Both the position numbers and the translations under genes were made by a program. This document shows, in pieces, positions 9,559-19,552 of a stretch of DNA of 32,000 nt. The stretch comes from Candidatus Helarchaeota ASGARD archaeon Hel_GB_B (GTDB taxonomy: Archaea > Asgardarchaeota > Lokiarchaeia > Helarchaeales > HEL-GB-B). Location of the stretch: the NCBI GenBank assembly GCA_005191425.1, contig SUPR01000006.1, positions 1-32,000 of the forward strand, in the 5' to 3' direction. The notes under the pieces were generated by a model. It was not told where the DNA came from, did not search any database, and worked only from the letters and a program-made list of their open reading frames with translations. How positions within the stretch are numbered: position 1 is the stretch's first letter; each line of letters opens with the position of its first letter.

Positions 9559-10911
9559 TTAGGTTAATTTTTCCAATGCATTTAACATTGGATCATTTAA
9601 TAGAGTTAGAGGGGGTGTATAGCAACGTTCGGTTTTAAGTAAAGACCCAATTGGGATTTTCTCGCGGATTACAATTGTTAATTCATTTATTCGTTCTTTT
9701 ACATCTTTTTCTCCAATAATTTGAGCGCCTATTAATTTGTTATTACGCGCAAGAAATTTAAATTTGAGGTTTTTCCAATCGGGAATATATTTTGATTGGG
9801 ATGCCCCTTCAGAAGTAGAAACTTTATATGAAATCCCAAAACTTTTAGCTGCATATTCTGTTAGTCCAACAGATCCGACTTCTAGCCCACCAAGATATGT
9901 AACAGATGGACTTATTGTACCTAAATATTCCGATTTTTTACCAATTATATTTTTTACAATTGTTTTACTTTGCATTATTGCAGTTGAAGCTAAAGCACTT
10001 CGCATCGGCTTTTCCGTAATCAAGTTTTTTGTTTCAATACAATCACCCAGTGCAAATACGTTTTCAATTGGCCGGTTATTTTTTAATATATGTAATCTTT
10101 CATCTACCTTAATACCACCAGTTTTTCCAATATCGATCCCAGTCTTTTTTATTATACTAACATTCGGTCTAATACCTACTGCAAGTAAGACTAAATCGGT
10201 AGGAATTTCTTTATCAGACTCTAATATTACAGATTTAACTTGATCGGTGCCATCAAATTCTTTGACTTTTACCCCTGTGATAATTTCAATTCCTTTATTT
10301 CTGAGCCATTCTTCAACTATAATCCCCATGTCTAGATCAAGCATAGCTGGTAATACGGATGGGGTCAGTTCAACTACTGTTGTTTTAATATTATTAGCAG
10401 CAAATGCAACAGCTGCTTCAAGCCCAATTAATCCCGCACCAACTATGACAGCTTTTTCACATTGTGTCATAGCTTCTTTAAGCATTACGCCATTCGAATA
10501 ATTCATTAGTGTATAGATTCTTTTAAGCCCGGTTCCTTTGATTTCTGGTGTGAATGGAACCCTTCCAGTAGCAATTACTAAGAAATCAAATTCTAACTGG
10601 TCGACTTTTCCTTCCTTACTAAACGTTTTGACTTGTTTGTTAGTATAGTCAATGTCTATAACTGTAGTATTAGTTAATATTTTAACATTTTTTTCATCAA
10701 AAAATTCAGGTCTGTGTAAAATTATATCTTCAAACTTTTCAACGACTCCTTCTAATACATATGGAATACCGCAAGTCGAATATGCATATTGTTTTTCTCG
10801 AGTAATACAAGTGATATCAAAATCATTGAATTTCATCAGCCCATAAATTACATTCATACCAGCTATACCACTACCAATAACTATGACCTTTTTTTTCTTC
10901 TCTTGTGACAT
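9559..10911 (-). CDS. FAD-dependent pyridine nucleotide-disulfide oxidoreductase (NADH oxidase / CoA-disulfide reductase family)
   Basis: VIGSGIAG, YSTCGIPY (redox Cys), LVIATG, IVGAGLIGLEAA, VFALGDC, and C-terminal YTPPL. Confidence 0.92.
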   Translation of the reverse strand: MSQEKKKKVIVIGSGIAGMNVIYGLMKFNDFDITCITREKQYAYSTCGIPYVLEGVVEKFEDIILHRPEFFDEKNVKILTNTTVIDIDYTNKQVKTFSKEGKVDQLEFDFLVIATGRVPFTPEIKGTGLKRIYTLMNYSNGVMLKEAMTQCEKAVIVGAGLIGLEAAVAFAANNIKTTVVELTPSVLPAMLDLDMGIIVEEWLRNKGIEIITGVKVKEFDGTDQVKSVILESDKEIPTDLVLLAVGIRPNVSIIKKTGIDIGKTGGIKVDERLHILKNNRPIENVFALGDCIETKNLITEKPMRSALASTAIMQSKTIVKNIIGKKSEYLGTISPSVTYLGGLEVGSVGLTEYAAKSFGISYKVSTSEGASQSKYIPDWKNLKFKFLARNNKLIGAQIIGEKDVKERINELTIVIREKIPIGSLLKTERCYTPPLTLLNDPMLNALEKLT

Positions 10912-11180
10912 TCAATTAACACCATTCATCATTTATTGAAAAAAAATTACTCAATTTAAAAGTCACAAAACATTATTTATCATTTTTTCGAACATTTTTT
11001 ACCATATTATTTAATTTATTAAAAAAGTTGATACTTTTTCTAAATTATTTTAAATATGGAAAATATTTACGAGATTATCACCTCGTGAACATAATAATTA
11101 TCATATAAAATTTTTCAGTACAAAGAAAACAAAGCATCTGTTAAATAAATTGAAAAAAATTGAATGAAAAACATAAAAAA

Positions 11181-11858
11181 TTATGAAGTTAAACTATTAT
11201 TTATCTTTATAATTAATTCTCGTGATAATTTATCCGCCAGATATAATGGTTCAGGAATTCTATGAACGGGCTTAATCAATTCAATTACAATATTTATGGC
11301 AGTTTCTAAATCAATTAAATTTCCGACCGAAATATAAATGGGTTTCCCAGTATTAGGTTTTAGTATTGCACCTAAAATTTTGCCATTAAACGTAATATAT
11401 GCCCAATTATTAGGACGGTCGGGGATATGTTCTGCTTTACCCACGAACTTTGATTTTCCGATCCCTATTGTTGATTTATGTATGATAACACCAAGATGTG
11501 CAGCACTACCAAATAATCTTGGATGAAGAATTCCAAATCCATCCACTAAAATAAGGTCTGGTTTCTTTTTCAACGATAATAAAACTTTTCTAAAATAAGG
11601 TACCTCTCTAAATCCTAAAAATCCAGATATATAGGGAAATTTAGCTTCATATTCAAAATATTTTTTCTCAATTATTTTTTCTCCAGAAATATCAGTCGAT
11701 ACTGCCATTACTACCGCAATGTTTGATTTTTTAGAATATGAAATATCTACACCAGTTATAATTTTTGGTGAAAAATCATTAGGAATTTCTTTAATTACCT
11801 TTTTTGATAGTAACTTTTGAATTTTGATTAATTTGTTTAAATTGATTTCTTTTTCCAA
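11181..11858 (-). CDS. nfi: endonuclease V
   Basis: GVDISY, FPYISGFLGFREVP, LVDGFGILHPRLFGSAAHLG, IGIGKS, KPIYISVGN, RIPEPLYLAD. TTG start. Confidence 0.95.
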   Translation of the reverse strand: MEKEINLNKLIKIQKLLSKKVIKEIPNDFSPKIITGVDISYSKKSNIAVVMAVSTDISGEKIIEKKYFEYEAKFPYISGFLGFREVPYFRKVLLSLKKKPDLILVDGFGILHPRLFGSAAHLGVIIHKSTIGIGKSKFVGKAEHIPDRPNNWAYITFNGKILGAILKPNTGKPIYISVGNLIDLETAINIVIELIKPVHRIPEPLYLADKLSRELIIKINNSLTS

Positions 11859-11968
11859 TTTTGGTCATAAAAAATAATATTTCAAAACATTTTAAACATT
11901 ATTGAAAACATCAATCCTAATTAAAAATAGAATAATAAAAATTAAAAATTGATTATAACTATGGTTTA

Positions 11969-12784
11969 CTACTTACCTTTGAATACAGCTTCACGTTTTT
12001 CTTTTAAAGCTTTGATGGATTCTGTAAAATCAAAAGTTGTGGCGGCTTTATTTAGGCCTTTATTTTCCATATCCAATGCATTAGAAACAAAATCAATTAG
12101 CGGTTTATGTAATGCCCGTTTCATTAATTTCAATGCAAGACTGGGCCCTTTAGGGGGTATTAATCGCATAGCCTGTTCACGTGCAAAAGGCATAAGTTCA
12201 TCTTTTGGTAGTACCTTATTTATTAGACCTAGTTCATAAGCTTGCTGGGCAGTGATTTTATCTCCAAAATAAATTAATTCTTTAGTCTTTTGAAAACCAA
12301 TATAATAAGGTAAAAGCCAAGTTGTAGCAAATTCAGGTAGAATTGCTCGCTTTACAAAATATAGTCCAATCCAAGCATCTTCAGCCATATAAATTAAATC
12401 ACAACAAGTTAATGGCATGGTAAATCCAGCGCCCACAGCAAGCCCATTAATTGCAGCGATAACTGGTTTTTCAAAATTCCAGAATTTTAAGCATAACTTT
12501 TTTTGGGCGATATCAGTTATTTCAATTTCTTCTTTAAGTTCAGGTGGTATTTGCTCAAACATTTTCATATTAAAATATCCACCTGATGAAAATGCGTCCC
12601 CAGCACCAGTAATAATCATTACTTTTGCACTCCTATCTTTTTTCATAATATCGACAGCATACCATAATTCCAGAAAAGTTACTGGGCTCATTGCATTTTT
12701 CCTTGAAGGAATATTTAAAGTTACTGTAACAATACCATTTTCATCTTTTTCATAAATTATATCTTTAAAATCTTCGACCTTCAT
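11969..12784 (-). CDS. enoyl-CoA hydratase/isomerase (crotonase) family protein
   Basis: TLNIPSRKNAM, ITGAGDAFSSGG, KPVIAAINGLAVGAG, ILPEF, ITAQQAYELGLINKV. The usual first catalytic Glu (GGGxE) is replaced (GAGFT). Confidence 0.92.
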   Translation of the reverse strand: MKVEDFKDIIYEKDENGIVTVTLNIPSRKNAMSPVTFLELWYAVDIMKKDRSAKVMIITGAGDAFSSGGYFNMKMFEQIPPELKEEIEITDIAQKKLCLKFWNFEKPVIAAINGLAVGAGFTMPLTCCDLIYMAEDAWIGLYFVKRAILPEFATTWLLPYYIGFQKTKELIYFGDKITAQQAYELGLINKVLPKDELMPFAREQAMRLIPPKGPSLALKLMKRALHKPLIDFVSNALDMENKGLNKAATTFDFTESIKALKEKREAVFKGK

Positions 12785-13055
12785 TTTAGTTCACTCATAT
12801 CCTAAAATTTTCTATAATATTAATAATATAATTTTAAAATCATTAGAAATTTTTATTTATCCTTTAGATGTTGATTTGAAAAATCTTTTGATTTTATTAT
12901 CAAATTTTATATTAGAAAAGATATTTTACTTAACTTAAAAATAGACTTTAGAACGGACTTTTATTTAAGAAATAAAGTAAAAATTAGAAATTAAATAAAA
13001 ATATTAAATTTTAATAGAAATATAATTATTTTGATTGTATTTGTTTTAAAAAATA

Positions 13056-13544
13056 TTATCCTATTTTCTTATTACTTTTAAAAGAAGAAAACAACTTTTT
13101 AAAGAACCCTTTTTCTGTTGTACTAATTTTAGAAACATAATTTTTAATTTGCTCTCTTAGTAAGATTTCATAAGGAGCAAAAACATCTTGGTATGATCCT
13201 TCGTTATTTAGTTCATCCTTAAAAATCTCATAGAAAGTATCTAATGCCTCTTCAGCTTCTTTATGAAGATCAACTTTTTTAATATCGGACGACATTATCG
13301 CAATAATAATTAAATTGTGTTTAGTTGCAATATACATGTCTACATCTAATCCTTTGATCATGATCTCTTCAATTCTGCCAAGATTCTCCTTTCCAAAAAT
13401 ATGTAAAGCCGAAACAAAAGCTGGAATTAAAGTTGAATTAATACTCTCATCATTTAGCACTTGGACTAATGGAATGCCATTATCCTTGGCTATTATAATT
13501 CCTTTTATCATTTTATCTCTATCTTCTATATTATTCATCTTCAT
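13056..13544 (-). CDS. stand-alone longin-like domain protein (Asgard type)
   Basis: IKGIIIAKDNGIPLV...LIPAFVSALHIFGKE...IEEIMI...LIIIAIM...EEALDTFYEIF fits the beta-beta-alpha-beta-beta-beta-alpha longin/profilin-like pattern. Confidence 0.65.
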   Translation of the reverse strand: MKMNNIEDRDKMIKGIIIAKDNGIPLVQVLNDESINSTLIPAFVSALHIFGKENLGRIEEIMIKGLDVDMYIATKHNLIIIAIMSSDIKKVDLHKEAEEALDTFYEIFKDELNNEGSYQDVFAPYEILLREQIKNYVSKISTTEKGFFKKLFSSFKSNKKIG

Positions 13545-13901
13545 TACATTTTGTAGATTTTAATCTTTTAACTTGAAGATAATCGAAAAGATATTTTTAA
13601 ATTTTAAGATAAATTTTAGCATAAAATTTTTAAAATTTTAAAATTTTTTTGGGGGAAGATAAAATTAATAACAAATTTTTAACAACATTATGGTAAATTG
13701 AAATCTTTCCTAGCATTGAAGAATAACGAAAAATGATATTTATTTTCTAAAAATTTTTAATAATTTTTAATTAATTTGTATAATTTTGAATAAAAAAAGA
13801 GAAAAATCGTAAAAAATTAAGAAAATAATTATTATTTCAAAATCATTTTATAAACATATATTTAGTAAAACTAAAGAAAAAATATGGAAATAATAGTAAA
13901 A

Positions 13902-14483
13902 TTAGCCCATTAATCCTAGATCAAAGTCATATTCATCTGCAAGAACATCAAGTAAAGGTCTGATAGCCATTGCTTTTGTCATGTCACCTTCTAATTGGAT
14001 TTCGCCAGACATGTAAGCTTGCATTGCATCTAAATCACCAGTAGCCATTTTCATAAAAGTACTTTCGTCCATCTTGATTTTTAGGCTGGCGTCTTCAATA
14101 TCTCCTTCACCTGCACTGAACTTTCCTTCTTCGATCTTCATATAGATATTAACATTCATATCTGGTACAGATATTACGATAGTCATATCATCAATGTCTT
14201 CTAATTCTTCTTGAGCTTCTTCACTTGCTTCTAATAATTCTTGCATTCCTTTGAACATTACGGGTAAAAATTTTGGAATGATTTCTTTTAAGTCATCTGA
14301 AGACAAGTCAGCAATTTTTTCTCTCATTGAAGGCAAAAAGTCTTTAAGGTCATCGTCCTTTACTATATTTAAGAATCCTACTTTCTCGGTCATATCGATT
14401 ACTTTTAAAATCTTATCCTTTGAGAGTCCTTCTTCTAAATCTTTTATTAAGCTTTTATATTCATCCAAACTCATAAATACCAC
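13902..14483 (-). CDS. SCP2 sterol/lipid-binding domain protein with an acidic helical N-terminus
   Basis: C-terminal YMKIEEGKFSAGEG..DASLKIKMDESTFMKMATGDLDAMQAYMSGEIQLEGDMTKAM is the typical SCP2 pattern. Confidence 0.88.
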   Translation of the reverse strand: MVFMSLDEYKSLIKDLEEGLSKDKILKVIDMTEKVGFLNIVKDDDLKDFLPSMREKIADLSSDDLKEIIPKFLPVMFKGMQELLEASEEAQEELEDIDDMTIVISVPDMNVNIYMKIEEGKFSAGEGDIEDASLKIKMDESTFMKMATGDLDAMQAYMSGEIQLEGDMTKAMAIRPLLDVLADEYDFDLGLMG

Positions 14484-14601
14484 ATTTTAATCTAATTTTG
14501 AGTTATAATAAAAGTTAATATATTTGATATTTATAAAAGTTATTAAAATCAAGGAATAATTGAATATTTAATAATATTTAAAATTGTGAAAAACATTTCT
14601 A

Positions 14602-15522
14602 TTATATTTCAGGTGCCCATTCAATTTTCTCAAGGTATTCAATTAAATTTTTAATCATATTTTGATGAAATTCATCATCACTGTATGGTCCAAGGCTATC
14701 TAATAAATTTTTCAAGAATTCTTTGTTTTCTTCATCTCTTTGTTGCATTACAAGTTTATAGTCTAATAACAACGTAAGAGTTTCTTGTAATTCACTTATC
14801 ATTTTCTGAGATTTTTCCAGTTCTTGTTCTAATTTTTTAATTTTGGAATTGAGTTCATTTTCAATTCTTTGACGTTCTAACTTTTTTTCTAATGCTAACT
14901 TAATATGAAGCATTGAATCTTTAGATTTTAGTTTTTGAGTTAATTCGTTTATTGTTTCTTTAAGTAAATTAATCGTAACATCTCTATCATTAAGTTTTTC
15001 TTTTAATTTCTCATTCTCTTCTTTAATTTTATCTAATTCGGTTTTTGTCGATAATATTATCTGGAGTTCATCTTCATTTATTTTGATTTTATCATTGATT
15101 AGTATATCATACAATTTTGGAAGAGTCTCAATATACGACTTTCCAATTTTAGCTAAAACTTCTTTTTCAGTTGTGGTCCTGGCATCGAACCGTTCTAAAG
15201 GTAGTTCTCCTAGCACAATTTTTGCACCTAATGGTAATGTTTTTGTATAATTCTTTTTATCTTCATTTTTGTCCAGTAGTAAAGAAATTGCAAAATTTGG
15301 AGCGATATAATAATTAGCTGTTATTAAACCTGAAAAAAAACTAATTACATTCAGGTTTTTTAATTTTAATGTAATAACATTTGCATCTAATTGTCGCATT
15401 CGGTGTAAACTCCCAATTCTCATTATTTCATCTTCAGTGATTTTCAAATTTTCAGGATATTTATGAATTAAGAAAAAACCTTCTTTATTAGTCCAACCTA
15501 TTAAAATTATTCCTTTAGGCAT
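14602..15522 (-). CDS. longin/uDENN-like N-terminal domain plus a long coiled coil
   Basis: MPKGIILIGWTNKEGFFLIHKYPE (W-x4-G-x6-YP)...VISFFSG...AISLLLDKNED; residues ~150-255 are an E/K/L-rich heptad region. Confidence 0.6.
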   Translation of the reverse strand: MPKGIILIGWTNKEGFFLIHKYPENLKITEDEIMRIGSLHRMRQLDANVITLKLKNLNVISFFSGLITANYYIAPNFAISLLLDKNEDKKNYTKTLPLGAKIVLGELPLERFDARTTTEKEVLAKIGKSYIETLPKLYDILINDKIKINEDELQIILSTKTELDKIKEENEKLKEKLNDRDVTINLLKETINELTQKLKSKDSMLHIKLALEKKLERQRIENELNSKIKKLEQELEKSQKMISELQETLTLLLDYKLVMQQRDEENKEFLKNLLDSLGPYSDDEFHQNMIKNLIEYLEKIEWAPEI

Positions 15523-16104
15523 TTTATAGTAGTCCCTCAGTAAATTATAATACTTCCATAACTCAAATTTTTTAATTATTTGTTATTTTTCTATTAATCA
15601 AACTTTTTAAACTCTTTTAAGTGTTATATTTTTATTTTATTTAAGATTTTCTTAAATGTCAAATTAAATGAATCAATAATTATTAAGAAGAAATAAATTT
15701 CTTTTTATTGGATTCTAATATTAATGAAAAATTATTTATATTACCTAAATTCATCCCAAATTATCATATTATTAAACTAAATCGGAAGTTATTCTAAAAT
15801 TAATACATAAAACAAAATAAAATTAATACTATCTGAATTATATTTGTATATTTATTGCCTAAAGTATTAGAAAAGACTTGAAAAAAGTATATTAAAACAA
15901 AAAATTTAACTTTAAAACTTTTAATAACCATATAAAATTAAAGTTGTTCGATTAATGTGAAAAATATAAAAGTAATTCATAATTACTTTATAATTATCAA
16001 TTAATTAAGTATAAAAAATAAAAATCCAAAAGAAAATATAGAAATTTTCTCTTATAGATTCTATAAAATACAAATATATTAATTACAGTAAAGTATGAGA
16101 CAAT

Positions 16105-16626
16105 ATGTCTACAATCGATATATCTAATGTTGAAATCAATTTTTTAGAAAAAACAGATGTTGTAGAAAATTTAGAACTCTTAAACTTAGTTATTAATGAA
16201 ACCCATTTTTTAGCCAGAAACAGAGAAATTTCAGAGGAAGAAACTTATGACTTTTTTAATTATTGGGTCGAAACACGGTTAGCTATATATTTAACTGCTA
16301 AATATAAAGGAAAAATTATTGGAAATATTTCAAATAGACCTAGAGAAGAAGAATTGCTAAGTCATATTGGTTATGTTGGTTATGTAGTTCACCCAGATTA
16401 TAGAAGACAGGGAGTAGCATCACTATTAATGAAAAAACTTATTGAATATTCGATACAAGAAGGATATAAAATCTTAATATGTGAAGTGATCCGAGAAAAT
16501 GTTGCAAGTCTCGCATTATTAAAAAAGTTCGAATTTGAACAATTTGGATATTTAAAAAATGCTTTTAAGATAAATTCCAGTGAATATCGAGATTTAATAA
16601 TGTTATCTAAATATCTTGACAAATAA
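16105..16626 (+). CDS. GNAT family N-acetyltransferase
   Basis: YVVHPDYRRQGVASLLM (acetyl-CoA motif A), NVASLALLKKFEFEQFG. Confidence 0.92.
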   Translation: MSTIDISNVEINFLEKTDVVENLELLNLVINETHFLARNREISEEETYDFFNYWVETRLAIYLTAKYKGKIIGNISNRPREEELLSHIGYVGYVVHPDYRRQGVASLLMKKLIEYSIQEGYKILICEVIRENVASLALLKKFEFEQFGYLKNAFKINSSEYRDLIMLSKYLDK

Positions 16627-16840
16627 AAATGGAAATAATTCTATAAATATCAATTAAAATAAATCAATATATTGGTTTAAATTCAATTTTAAATATAATA
16701 TTAGTGTCAATAAATGTGAAATAATAATAATCATTAATAAAATTTTTAAACACAAATTGTCAAAAAATAATTTGAAAAAGTAAAAATGATAAAATAGAAT
16801 ATAATTTGTTAAAAGACATTGCGGGTTTGGTTATAGAATA

Positions 16841-17632
16841 TTGAGAGAAGAAAATATAATAGAACAGATGGCTATTTTCGGTATTACTGAAAATGACGCA
16901 AAAATATACCTCCATCTAGCTAAATATGGTAAACAGAAATTGAGTAGAATTTCACAGGAATGCGGGATACCCAGGTCTCGAGTATATGAATCATTGACAA
17001 GACTTATTAGTAATGGTTATGTATTTAAAGAATTGACTGCTAAGCAACCAAGATATGTCGCCATAGATACTGAAACATTGATAGGTTTTTTAAAATCAAA
17101 AACTGAGATACAAAGAAAAAACATTGAGAATTTAAATTTAAGTTTTAGTAAGTTAATGTTAAAAAGCTCTAAAGAGAGAAAAGTTAATTTCATTGATGAC
17201 CCGAAATCATGTAAAGAATTTTTAGATAATTATATTAATACAGCTAAAAAATCGATCATAGGGCTCTTTATAGTAGATGATGATATAAATCCATATTTTT
17301 TAAATACCACATTTCCGACCAAGAATTTATTAAATAAAGCAAAAACAATTTCTAAAATAGAATTCGTATTTAATAAATCTCGGACAGATAAAACATTTCT
17401 CAAGAAGTTAACAGATAGTGGGATTAAGTTAAGTTTTTGGAATGGACCAACGGATATTCCAGTTCTTGTTTTAATAATCGATGATAAAAAAATACTATTA
17501 TTTTCTTATTCTACTTTAAATTTTAAATTTGAATTTATTGATTTGTTGATAATTGAAAATATGAAGGAATATTCAAAAGTATTCAATTATTTATATGAAA
17601 TTTTCAAACTATATAATAAAAAATATTTATAA
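16841..17632 (+). CDS. TrmB family transcriptional regulator
   Basis: GITENDAKIYLHL...LSRISQECGIPRSRVYESLTRLISNGYV (wHTH) plus a PLD-like effector domain with VLIIDDKKILL. TTG start. Confidence 0.9.
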   Translation: MREENIIEQMAIFGITENDAKIYLHLAKYGKQKLSRISQECGIPRSRVYESLTRLISNGYVFKELTAKQPRYVAIDTETLIGFLKSKTEIQRKNIENLNLSFSKLMLKSSKERKVNFIDDPKSCKEFLDNYINTAKKSIIGLFIVDDDINPYFLNTTFPTKNLLNKAKTISKIEFVFNKSRTDKTFLKKLTDSGIKLSFWNGPTDIPVLVLIIDDKKILLFSYSTLNFKFEFIDLLIIENMKEYSKVFNYLYEIFKLYNKKYL

Positions 17633-18367
17633 ATTGACCAGAAAAATTAGGACATAGAGTAAAAGGTCATGATTATTAAAAAGTTTTAGAATAGAAATGT
17701 GTGATATTTTATCATAACTAAATCATGTTTTTTAATTTAAATCTACATCAATTTCCAATTTTATTACTTAAGACTTATTTTGGGTACCCTCGACAATTCT
17801 TCTTCTTTTGTCCCTTAAAGAACAAAAAATAAAAAATATAGAAAGAATATAATATTATATTTACTTTTTACAATTCGCCGGTTTCTTGGTTTGGCCGAAA
17901 ATATAGGAGAGTAGATGAAAATATGCCGGATTATCGCAAAAAGGCCCGAAAATCTATTATGTAGGTTATTAAAAAGTGGTAAGAAATTAAAGTCGGAAAT
18001 TATTTACATAAAAAATTCCAATTAATGAAAACAACGGAAATTAAAAAAACTTCTAGCCTATAAAAAATAATAGAGTTAAGAAAAATAGTTAATTATGAAC
18101 TAAGAATCTTAATGGTTAAGTTTTTTAGGGTTAAAGTTTCAAAAAAATTATAAAATCATATCAGAAATTGTAATGCCTCTCTTTTTTTAGGACTCTACAA
18201 AATTTAAAACCAATTTAAATATACTTTTAAATATATTAATAGCCAATAATATTAAAGATTAAAGCAAATTTTTACACAATTAAATTAAAACGAGAAAATT
18301 TGTAGAATTAATTTGGTTTAGAGGAAATCAAATTTTTTGTTAAAAAAATAATAAGAGAGTAAAGAAA

Positions 18368-19525
18368 ATGGCAAAAAGAGTTTTGGTTACTGGTGCTAAC
18401 GGATCTTATGGATCTGCATTAGTTTTAGAATTGTTAAAACAAGGATATGAAGTTTATGCAACAGATATAGTAGTTCCCGAGAGGCCCATTAGAAATTTTA
18501 TACAAGCAGATATTACGAAACCTGAAGATGTAGCCAAATTACCAGAAGTTGAAGCGGTCATTCATCCAGCGGGTGTTATAGATATAATGGCAACTGATTT
18601 GCACAAATTAGTGCATTTAGAAGGGACAAAAAATATAATTAATCATTATAAAGACAATTATAACGAGACATTAAAGGTATTTGTAACAGTATCATCTGCT
18701 GCTATTCATGGTGGAACAATGGAAGATGAATTAATTGATGAAAAAAAACCTAGAGTTTTAAAAGATAGTTATACTACTACAAAAGCTCAAGAAGCAGATT
18801 TAACTAGAGAATTAATTGGGGACAGGTGTGTAATAATCGAACCTGCATTAATTTATGATGAAAGAAATAGGTATATGTTCAAAGAAATAGTGGAAATGAT
18901 TGCCTTAAAATTACTTGTTCTTTTACCAGAACAAGGGAGTTATAAATTAAATATGGTTCATCCATATGATTTAGCAACTGGTACAATTTGTGCTATGGAA
19001 AGAGGAGATTTTGGAGAAGCATACATTATTTGTGATGACCATGTGATTGAACTTCGAGAAATTGCAGAGATGGTTGCTAAAGAAACAGGTGCTCGAGCCC
19101 CCAAAATTAGTATTTCAAAAGAGACATTGACTAAATTAATGGCACAAATGGACAATATTACAACCATGTTACCAGCATTAAACGGAATGGAACCACTTTC
19201 TACAATGTTAGATAATTTTGGGATCAAATTATCGGAAGGTTTTGAATTACCTGTTGATCCAGAATATATGATAACACACCATCATTTTACTAATGCAAAA
19301 TTAAAAGAAGCTACTAAAAAGAATGCAGGTAAATGGCGAGTAGACCCAGATTCTGTAAATTATTTCAAAGATGGATGGTATCCTGTTGTTGATCCAAAAA
19401 TTGAAATGCCAAAAGTAATAAGATATTGGACATCTACAGATCCACCAATTATACCTAAGGATGCAGACCTCCAAGATGTAATCGAATTTTTGATGAGATT
19501 TATTTTAGGATTTATGAATCGTTAA
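18368..19525 (+). CDS. NAD-dependent epimerase/dehydratase (extended SDR)
   Basis: VLVTGANGSYG, VIHPAG, VTVSSAAIHG, YTTTK (YxxxK), MVHPYDLA. Confidence 0.88.
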   Translation: MAKRVLVTGANGSYGSALVLELLKQGYEVYATDIVVPERPIRNFIQADITKPEDVAKLPEVEAVIHPAGVIDIMATDLHKLVHLEGTKNIINHYKDNYNETLKVFVTVSSAAIHGGTMEDELIDEKKPRVLKDSYTTTKAQEADLTRELIGDRCVIIEPALIYDERNRYMFKEIVEMIALKLLVLLPEQGSYKLNMVHPYDLATGTICAMERGDFGEAYIICDDHVIELREIAEMVAKETGARAPKISISKETLTKLMAQMDNITTMLPALNGMEPLSTMLDNFGIKLSEGFELPVDPEYMITHHHFTNAKLKEATKKNAGKWRVDPDSVNYFKDGWYPVVDPKIEMPKVIRYWTSTDPPIIPKDADLQDVIEFLMRFILGFMNR

Positions 19526-19552
19526 GAAAAACCTTTGGCCCGTGATTAAATA

